Shown here: piece by piece, positions 44,464 through 50,572 of the stretch
Layout of the letters: every line of letters begins with the position of its first letter
How positions within the stretch are numbered: the first letter of the stretch is position 1
Origin: a virus
Lineage: Duplodnaviria; Caudoviricetes
DNA: 50,572 nt
Virus record (IMG/VR): IMGVR_UViG_3300048850_000082
Location: 1-50,572 of that record
Direction: 5' to 3' (one strand)
Made by a program: the position numbers and the translations under genes
The notes under the pieces: model-generated
Database searches by the model: none
Seen by the model: only the letters and a program-made list of their open reading frames with translations
What the model was told of the DNA's origin: nothing

Positions 44464-44735
44464 GGCTGGCCGCCCAGGTCTCGCACCTGCTGCGCCAGTT
44501 CGTCCTGGCGGATGAGCGCTTCGGCGAGCTGGTCATCCCGCTCGGCCAGTTGCCGCAGCGCCGTATCGCGCTGCTCGCAGAACATCTCGCAGTCTTCGCG
44601 GGCATCTCCGAGGGCGTCGATCGCCGCGTCGCGCTCGGCCTCGGCATTCTCCGCGCGGGCGACGGCGTCGAGCTGCTCGCGCGCGATGGGTAGACCGACC
44701 TCGAGCGTCTCGGCCGCGGCTGCCGCGGCGGTCAT
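44460..44735 (-). CDS. Coiled-coil hypothetical protein
   Basis: Heptad-rich; ATGA overlaps. Confidence 0.7.
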   Translation of the reverse strand: MTAAAAAAETLEVGLPIAREQLDAVARAENAEAERDAAIDALGDAREDCEMFCEQRDTALRQLAERDDQLAEALIRQDELAQQVRDLGGQP

Positions 44736-45544
44736 ACGAGCACCCCGCCCATATCGGCGAGCAGGCGCTGCAGACCCTTCGGCGTCACGCGCGGCTGCGG
44801 AGGATCAAGCACCAGCTCACCGGTCTTCGGGTGGTAGTGCGTCTGCGGCAGCACCGACATCCATCCGGCGTCGATGGCGCGCTGGCACACCCGGTAGCGG
44901 CCATCGCCGCGCGACCGATAGATCCACGACTTGCCCTCGAGCGTCGCGAACAGTCGACCGCGGCCGGTCTTGATGCCAGCGCGAGTCAGGGCCTGGGCGG
45001 TGTCGCCGACCGAGAGGTCACCGTCGGCGTCGAGCAGACGGTCGGCCATCTCAGCCTTGGGCTTGAGTTCGGCGATCTGCTCGTCCTTCGCGGCGAGCAT
45101 GGCCTGGGCCTCGATCACCGCACGGGCGAACAGCTCGGGGCCTTCGAGCGCGGGTGCCGTGGAGTAGGTGCCGGTGCGGCGGATCGTCGGAATGACTTCG
45201 GTGGTCACCCAGCGGCGGAACGGCTTCGCCCCGTCCGAGTTCGACCGAAACACCGCGTCATACAAACCCGACTCGTTGACGACGGCCATTTCCTGCTCGC
45301 CGCCGGGGGTACGCACTTTCGCGTACCCCTTGTCGGCGTCGTCGAGGCGGCGCGTCATGTCCGACGCCATGCGGTACTCGAGGACGGCGGCAACGTCGGC
45401 GGCAACAAACCACGGCTCCCCGTTGACTAGGACCGTGCGTAGTGCCGCGCCCTGGTAGGTGAACGACCCGGGAACCGGCGGCGCGTCGTAGACGACGCGC
45501 TCGACAGCCTTCGATGCGCGGCCGGGGTCGGGGATGCCGGTCAT
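44732..45544 (-). CDS. Antirepressor (BRO-N plus ANT/KilAC)
   Basis: GEPWFVAADV, VNESGLY, FRRWVT.EV.PTIRRTG.Y, LKPKA, VTPKG. Confidence 0.93.
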   Translation of the reverse strand: MTGIPDPGRASKAVERVVYDAPPVPGSFTYQGAALRTVLVNGEPWFVAADVAAVLEYRMASDMTRRLDDADKGYAKVRTPGGEQEMAVVNESGLYDAVFRSNSDGAKPFRRWVTTEVIPTIRRTGTYSTAPALEGPELFARAVIEAQAMLAAKDEQIAELKPKAEMADRLLDADGDLSVGDTAQALTRAGIKTGRGRLFATLEGKSWIYRSRGDGRYRVCQRAIDAGWMSVLPQTHYHPKTGELVLDPPQPRVTPKGLQRLLADMGGVLV

Positions 45545-45720
45545 GACGCCACCTGCGTATGCGCATCGACGAACCGGACGATCTCGGAGGCGGTCACGCG
45601 GCGGTGCGCGCCGATCTGAACCCAGGCCAACTCGCCGGAGGCGAAGAGACGGTAGAGGCTCGCGCGGGAGATGCGCAGTGAGGCCGCGGCCTCGGGGATG
45701 GAGAGCAGGGTCGTGTTCAT
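45541..45720 (-). CDS. xis: Excisionase-like HTH protein (59 aa), not in the ORF track
   Basis: LLSIPEAAASLRISRASLYRLFASGEL..QIG..RRV; ATGA overlaps. Confidence 0.8.
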   Translation of the reverse strand: MNTTLLSIPEAAASLRISRASLYRLFASGELAWVQIGAHRRVTASEIVRFVDAHTQVAS

Positions 45721-46031
45721 GCCGGCACCTCGTCACCAATGAGGCTCGGGGTCACCCGTGGCCGGTAGGTGGTCGTGATGGAGCCCGGCTCGAGGCCGTA
45801 CGCCATCTCCAGTGCCGTGAGCAGTTCCGCCGACACCCCTCGGTGACCGTTCTCGATCGCACTCAAGGCGCCCTTAGTGAGCTTGTCGCCGGTGATCTCG
45901 TGAACGCGCTCGGTGACGTCGGTCTGCGACTTGTTGAGGGCTAGCCTGAGGGTCTTGAGAGACACGTGGGGCGGAGTTTTCTTCTCCCGCTGCTGGCTGT
46001 ATCGCCGTCTTGCGGCAATATTGCTTTGCAT
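45717..46031 (-). CDS. cro: Cro-like XRE HTH regulator
   Basis: LKTLR...SQ..V..LSAIENGHR; divergent from the repressor. Confidence 0.85.
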   Translation of the reverse strand: MQSNIAARRRYSQQREKKTPPHVSLKTLRLALNKSQTDVTERVHEITGDKLTKGALSAIENGHRGVSAELLTALEMAYGLEPGSITTTYRPRVTPSLIGDEVPA

Positions 46032-46196
46032 GCTGCCACGGTAGCGGCAAACCCCTGGTTCGGCAAGCAATTCTGCGGCAAGTTTGCCGTACAGTGCAGA
46101 AACACTGCGTTGTAAGTCCGTTAGCAGGCGCGTTACAGCCATGTCGTTTGCCGAGTTGCACTATGGTTTGCCGAAAGTTTTTGGCAACCTTGTGCC
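46011..46196. promoter_or_regulatory. Genetic switch: divergent promoters and operators
   Basis: CGGCAA at 46013, 46045, 46061, 46076; TTGCCG at 46084, 46148, 46168; leftward promoter TTGCCG-N17-TACCGT ending 6 nt before the cro ATG. Confidence 0.8.
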
Positions 46197-46919
46197 ATGA
46201 CAGATACGCGGCCGGACCTCGCACGATTTGGTGCGATCGTGAAGGCGCGACGCGAAGAGCTGGGCCTTCGGCAAGATCAACTCAGCGATCGAGGTGGCCC
46301 CTCGACCACCACGCTGACCAAGGTTGAGAATGCGTCCGGCGTACCCGCCGACGTCACCATTCGGAAGCTCGACGTCGCTTTGCGATGGCAGCCAGGGTCA
46401 GCCCGGCGCACGCTCCACGGCGGTGAGCCGGAAGTTGTCCCCGCCAACGTCTCTTATGAAGCGCCCGAGTTCGATGAGCAGTCGACCGCCATCACTCGGA
46501 TGTCTGCCGAGCAAGCGTTCCTCTACCTCGACGACGTCGTCAACCTCCTCGAGTTGCTCTCGGATGAGGACCTGAGCGCGTCGGCGACCGAGGCTGCAGA
46601 CATCGTGCACTCGGGGACAATGGCCCTGGTGCTCGCCGTCGCTGCCGGCGTGCCGGGAGCAAGGGCTGGCCAACTCGCCGCGAATCGTCTCGGCCAGTTG
46701 TCACTTCGCCTCTCTCGCATTCTTTCCGACGAGGACAGGCATGAAGGGAACAGCGCGTCCAGGATCATCGAGCTTCCGTACCGCCTCCGCCCTCGTATGC
46801 AGAGCGACCGCTCGGAAGGTGTGGCCGCGCGTGACACCCCCGAGAAGTCAATGGGCAGGCAGCTTCGCGAGGGCCAGGACGCCGACGCCGAGGCCAGCCA
46901 GGACAACGATGGGGGATAG
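46197..46919 (+). CDS. Immunity repressor (XRE HTH, no recognisable S24 peptidase domain)
   Basis: VKARREELGLRQ..GGPSTTT..KVE..LD.AL.W.PGS; divergent from cro. Confidence 0.88.
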   Translation: MTDTRPDLARFGAIVKARREELGLRQDQLSDRGGPSTTTLTKVENASGVPADVTIRKLDVALRWQPGSARRTLHGGEPEVVPANVSYEAPEFDEQSTAITRMSAEQAFLYLDDVVNLLELLSDEDLSASATEAADIVHSGTMALVLAVAAGVPGARAGQLAANRLGQLSLRLSRILSDEDRHEGNSASRIIELPYRLRPRMQSDRSEGVAARDTPEKSMGRQLREGQDADAEASQDNDGG

Positions 46920-47166
46920 CGAATTCCCCTCGCTGAAGGCGACGAAGCTGAGGAAGGTTCTCGAGAAGAAGTTGGGCTACCGGTTCGAGCCTGGGTCGAA
47001 GAAGAGTGGCGGTAGCCACTGCTACCTGGTGGCGGAAGGCCGCAAGCGCATACGCTGGGCGTTTCACAACGGTGTGAGTGTGCCGCCGCGATCTGTTAAG
47101 TCGGTGCTGGTCGACCAGGCGGGGCTTACAGTTGAGGAAGCCAAGGAGGTGTTGGGCATTGTCTGA
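46909..47166 (+). CDS. hicA: HicA-like toxin (85 aa)
   Basis: P.LK...L...L...GY....GSH......H....P...V..VL....G.....A pattern. Confidence 0.85.
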   Translation: MGDSEFPSLKATKLRKVLEKKLGYRFEPGSKKSGGSHCYLVAEGRKRIRWAFHNGVSVPPRSVKSVLVDQAGLTVEEAKEVLGIV

Positions 47167-47839
47167 TCTACACCTGATCATTACCGAATCGGGTGGCTAC
47201 GGATGGACGTTTGAGTCTCCGCAACTTCCTGAGTTGATCGGCGGACGTGATACCTCCGCCGAAGTGATTGCCGATATCCCAGGCGTGATCGAATGGGCAA
47301 AAGAACCGGACGACGTCTTCGACCGGGTCTTCACTCATGAACAGCACTTGATATCCGATCCTGACGGGCGCGATTTTCTCATCCGATTCCTGTTTAGCGG
47401 CAGCGATGAGGACTACAACGAGCGCCATGAGACCGCCGGGCGGCTGAACTTCGCCGTGCTGAATGGTCTGGTCACCGATGAGGAATACGGTCTGCACGTT
47501 CCAGTTGCCACGACGGGCGAGCGCCTCTACATCTGCGTTGTGGACAGCGACACGCTTGGCTGGATTGAGGACCAACTGCTCGAGCGCGAAGGGTGCTGTG
47601 TACTGGCTCAACACCTCGAGGATGGCGCAGTTGTTCACCTGCCCTACGGACGCACGGGAATGCTTCCGAACGGTATCGACACTGGGGCTCTTGGACTGAG
47701 TCGACATAGCACCTTCAGTGAGATGAGGGAAGCCGTACTTCGGCGAGAAGTTGAATCGCTGCACAGGACCTATTCGGCGCCAGACGCGGTTCGCGGGTTC
47801 GAACACGGTATCGACAATCCGTTAATTACAACAACGTAA
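47159..47839 (+). CDS. HicB-like antitoxin with long unknown C-terminal domain (226 aa)
   Basis: N-terminal IITE.GGYGW..ESPQLP.L..G.DT..E resembles the HicB neutralising domain; TTG start overlaps hicA by 8 nt. Confidence 0.68.
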   Translation: MSDLHLIITESGGYGWTFESPQLPELIGGRDTSAEVIADIPGVIEWAKEPDDVFDRVFTHEQHLISDPDGRDFLIRFLFSGSDEDYNERHETAGRLNFAVLNGLVTDEEYGLHVPVATTGERLYICVVDSDTLGWIEDQLLEREGCCVLAQHLEDGAVVHLPYGRTGMLPNGIDTGALGLSRHSTFSEMREAVLRREVESLHRTYSAPDAVRGFEHGIDNPLITTT

Positions 47840-47859
47840 TTCCTCGTCAGCGAACGATC

Positions 47860-47882
47860 TTGTCGGAGCCCTCCCCTAGCTT
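47860..47882 (+). promoter_or_regulatory. PafBC-dependent (RecA-NDp) DNA-damage promoter
   Basis: Exact TGTCGG-N10-TA-N3-T match: tgtcgg agccctcccc tagctt (47861-47882), 8 nt before the ATG at 47891. Confidence 0.75.
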
Positions 47883-47890
47883 TCGACGGC

Positions 47891-48325
47891 ATGGGGGCAT
47901 ACGACCCGTGGGGGGATCTCAGCCGACGCGCCTATCTCAGCGTGGAATTCATCGATATGCCGACGGGCCGCCGCGGGATCATCGCTGGCGACGTCATCAT
48001 GATCGACCGACTTCAGCTACAGGTTGAGCGCCGGTCGACTGTCGCGCACGAGCTGGTTCACGACGAGCGCCGCGTCTATCCGACCGAACCTGCTCTGCGC
48101 GTCCGCGAAGAGACGCTCGTCGAGCGCACCGCGGCCCGCCGGCTGATCGAGCTGCCCGACCTCGTCGACGCGCTGCGGGCCTGCTCGACCCGATGCGCCG
48201 AAACGCTGGCCGACCATCTGTGGGTCGACCGCCCGATGCTCGAAGCCCGCATGAATTCCCTCGACCCGGTTGAAATCGCCGAACTCGAGCACCACCTGGA
48301 GGACCAATGGCTGTGGATTCCTTGA
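47891..48325 (+). CDS. ImmA/IrrE-family zinc metalloprotease (anti-repressor)
   Basis: RRSTVAHELVH (HExxH), E..VE..AARRLI; located between repressor and integrase. Confidence 0.88.
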   Translation: MGAYDPWGDLSRRAYLSVEFIDMPTGRRGIIAGDVIMIDRLQLQVERRSTVAHELVHDERRVYPTEPALRVREETLVERTAARRLIELPDLVDALRACSTRCAETLADHLWVDRPMLEARMNSLDPVEIAELEHHLEDQWLWIP

Positions 48326-48543
48326 CCGATATCGACACCGCGATGCTTGCGATCGAGCACGAATGGTGGCCGACTGCCGGCCGCAAGGAGGACGCGATCC
48401 GCGACCTTCTCGGGATGACGCCGACGCGGTACTACCAGCGGCTGAACCGCCTCGCCGACAGCCACGCCGCCTTGGCGCACGATCCCGTCACGGTGAACCG
48501 TCTCCGGCGGCTGCGCTCTGGGCGATCATCGACCCATGGCTGA
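48322..48543 (+). CDS. DUF3263-like protein
   Basis: E..WW..AG.KE.AIR...G...TRYYQ.LN.L.D...A...DP..V.RLRR. Confidence 0.82.
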   Translation: MTDIDTAMLAIEHEWWPTAGRKEDAIRDLLGMTPTRYYQRLNRLADSHAALAHDPVTVNRLRRLRSGRSSTHG

Positions 48544-49729
48544 GCAACGTCGGCAGCTGCCGCCGCAGATCAAGCGCGTCGAGTTGGGGCAGCGCGCCGG
48601 CGGGCGCCCGGTGGTGCGGTATCAGCTGACGGTCGACGTCGGTGTCGTCGATGGGAAGCGGAAGCAGTACCGGAAGCGGTTCGCGACGGAGAAGGAAGCT
48701 CGCGAGGCGCTCGACGGGATCCGCGGTGATGTCGCCCGCGGCACCTACGTGCACCCCACCAAGGTGACTCTCGCCCAGGCATGCGAGGACTGGCTCGCCG
48801 CAAAGCACGGACTGAAGGCGTCCACGCTGCACGGGCACCGCGTGAACCTCGCCGCGGCGATCGAGGTGCTCGGCGACGTCGACGTGCAGAAGCTGACGAA
48901 GCGACACCTCGACGACCTCGTGACCGCGCTGCGCGCCGGCGGGATGCCCTCCCCCACCGGGAAGGTCCGGAAGCCGTGGTCGCCGCGATCGGTGAATTAC
49001 ATGCTCGGACTGTTGACCGCGGTGCTGAAGGATCAGATGCGGCAGGGCCACGTGGTGCGCAACGTCGCCGAGCTGGTGGACCGGATCCCGGCCGACGCGA
49101 AGACGGCAGACACGTTCAGCGCGGCCGAGCTGCAGAAGGTGCTCGAGCACATCGACGGCGACAGGTATGCGGTGGCGTGGCAGCTGGCGCTCACCGGCCT
49201 GCGGCGCGGCGAGGTCGCCGGACTCCGGTGGAGTGACGTCGACCTGACCGGGCGGACGATGACGGTCGCGTCGACGCGGCTGCGGTTCGGCGCCCACGTG
49301 GTGGAGGAGACGCCGAAGTCGGCCGCGAGCCGGCGGACGCTGCCGCTACCTGATCACCTCGTCGCGGCGTTCAAGTCGGCCCGCGCGGTGCAGGCCGCTG
49401 ACCGCCTGGCGCTCGGCGAGGCGTACCAGGCGTCGGGGTACGTCGTGGTCGACGAGGCCGGTGAGCCGCTGAGCCCGCACGCGCTGACGTCGCGGTGGTC
49501 GCGGATGCTGAAGGCCGCCGGCGTTCGGCACATCCGCCTGCACGATGCCCGCCACACGTGCGGGACGCTGATGCACCTCGAGAACGTGCCGATCGCGTTG
49601 ATCTCTGCGTGGCTTGGGCACGCGTCGAAGGCGTTCACCATGGCGACCTACGTGCACTCGCAGCCGGACGCACTGGCTGCCGCTGCTATGAGCTTCGGCA
49701 GGATGGTTGATCAACCATCCTCGGGGTGA
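48536..49729 (+). CDS. int: Tyrosine integrase
   Basis: Arm-binding N-terminus; GLRRGE, K, HDARH, LGH...T..TY catalytic residues. Confidence 0.97.
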   Translation: MAEQRRQLPPQIKRVELGQRAGGRPVVRYQLTVDVGVVDGKRKQYRKRFATEKEAREALDGIRGDVARGTYVHPTKVTLAQACEDWLAAKHGLKASTLHGHRVNLAAAIEVLGDVDVQKLTKRHLDDLVTALRAGGMPSPTGKVRKPWSPRSVNYMLGLLTAVLKDQMRQGHVVRNVAELVDRIPADAKTADTFSAAELQKVLEHIDGDRYAVAWQLALTGLRRGEVAGLRWSDVDLTGRTMTVASTRLRFGAHVVEETPKSAASRRTLPLPDHLVAAFKSARAVQAADRLALGEAYQASGYVVVDEAGEPLSPHALTSRWSRMLKAAGVRHIRLHDARHTCGTLMHLENVPIALISAWLGHASKAFTMATYVHSQPDALAAAAMSFGRMVDQPSSG

Positions 49730-50334
49730 CGAGCGTAGAAGTCCGCCAGCGATTCGTCGACCTTCGCGACTGGCGTTCCTGCCTCTTCAAGTTGGGCGCG
49801 GACCACCCGGTCTACATCGACGGCCCAGGACGCAATTTCTCGAGTGTCGATTCCGCCAATCTCGATGTATTTCCCGGTGTACACCACCCGAGTCGGGCCT
49901 TCCTCGGGCATACGATCGCGAAGCATGGCGAGGGACTCTCCCCTCTCAACCTGCTCCCAATGCTCGTCGACGTCTCTCAGCCACTTGAGCACCTTGCGGT
50001 CCGGCAACTGCGGCACCGCGACCTTCTTCTGCTCTAGGGCGACAGTGCACTTCCTCAGTTGCGCTGCTGCTAGCACGAATGAGTAGCGGGCCATCGACAT
50101 GCGCCACACCGTTCCCAAAGTCATCACGCTGGTGGCTTTCTCCAGCTGGTTGCCGAACAGGTAATGACTCTCGGCGGGGCTCTGCAGGATGGTGTTTCGA
50201 ATGCCACCGTGTTGGCGGGCCTCGGAATACGCCTCGACCGCCTCGCGCAGTTGCTCGTGATAGAGCCCGACCGCGTATGCCCACATGGTGGCGCTTGTGC
50301 GGTACTCGGGAACTCCAGGATCGGTCGTCGACAT
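49711..50334 (-). CDS. Hypothetical protein with HEPN-like Rx4H motif
   Basis: Helical protein containing LRDVDEH; convergent with int with a 19-bp overlap; start uncertain. Confidence 0.6.
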   Translation of the reverse strand: MSTTDPGVPEYRTSATMWAYAVGLYHEQLREAVEAYSEARQHGGIRNTILQSPAESHYLFGNQLEKATSVMTLGTVWRMSMARYSFVLAAAQLRKCTVALEQKKVAVPQLPDRKVLKWLRDVDEHWEQVERGESLAMLRDRMPEEGPTRVVYTGKYIEIGGIDTREIASWAVDVDRVVRAQLEEAGTPVAKVDESLADFYARHPEDG

Positions 50335-50375
50335 CTCTCTACCTCGCATGCACGTTCGCGCTGAGTTCTGCGCAA

Positions 50376-50396
50376 GTTGTGACAATCCGTGACAAT
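50376..50396. promoter_or_regulatory. Putative integrase arm-type binding sites, right arm
   Basis: Tandem GTGACAA at 50379-50385 and 50389-50395. Confidence 0.7.
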
Positions 50397-50410
50397 TGGC
50401 CACCGTTCGA

Positions 50411-50503
50411 ACGCAGTCAGGCCCCCTCGAAAGGGGGCCTGACCAGTGTGGCAGGTACAGGATTCGAACCTGTGTAGGCGTTAGCCGACGGATTTACAGT
50501 CCG
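50411..50503. repeat. Right att junction reconstituting tRNA-Tyr
   Basis: Direct repeat of 431-523. Confidence 0.96.
50416..50443 (-). terminator. tRNA terminator hairpin, phage-supplied copy
   Basis: Identical to 436-463. Confidence 0.8.
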
Positions 50504-50531
50504 CTCCCATTGGCCGCTCGGGCAACCTGCC
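50449..50531 (-). tRNA. tyrT: tRNA-Tyr (GTA), intact, CCA not encoded
   Basis: GGCAGGT/ACCTGCC acceptor stem, CTGTAAA anticodon loop, long variable arm, GGTTCGAATCC T arm. Confidence 0.97.
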
Positions 50532-50572
50532 GGGATGCACCGATCCCGACCCGGGTTTGGTGCGACTAGCAG

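Larger units (their letters stand above)
431..50503. mobile_element. Temperate siphoviral prophage integrated at tRNA-Tyr, about 50 kb, apparently intact
   Basis: Flanking 93-bp direct repeats containing the tRNA 3' half; integrase, repressor, replication, packaging, head, tail and lysis modules in canonical order with no obvious gene disruption. Confidence 0.97.

Noticed and set aside
43549-44973. 474-aa plus-strand ORF
   Set aside because: Overlaps several well-coupled minus-strand genes and has Ser/Arg/Ala shadow composition
46197-46919. Integration-dependent immunity (attP inside the repressor gene)
   Set aside because: The att core is about 3.5 kb away and the repressor is not interrupted

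Overview
The window is almost entirely one apparently intact temperate siphoviral prophage of a high-GC mycobacterial host (Mycobacterium/Mycolicibacterium inferred from LysB, WhiB, DUF732-like and DUF3263-like genes and the tRNA sequence). It is integrated in a tRNA-Tyr(GTA) gene. The att repeats are 431-523 and 50411-50503, 49,980 bp apart. Reading right to left: intact tRNA-Tyr, a HEPN-like gene, tyrosine integrase, DUF3263-like gene, ImmA/IrrE-type metalloprotease, HicA plus an unusually long HicB-like protein, repressor/Cro switch, early genes (Xis, antirepressor, WhiB, RecE/RecT, NrdH, replication initiator with internal 12-bp repeats, RuvC), a plus-strand moron, HNH/terminase/portal/protease-scaffold/capsid, tail genes (+1 frameshifted chaperone, tape measure with Rpf and peptidase-like domains, beta-helix tailspike candidate), lysis cassette, and a mixed-orientation accessory arm (secreted protein, HEPN, membrane proteins, LigD-type ligase). 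The most notable inference is a perfect PafBC/RecA-NDp promoter motif directly upstream of the anti-repressor protease, suggesting RecA/LexA-independent DNA-damage induction. All family assignments are by eye from motifs and synteny; no searches were run.
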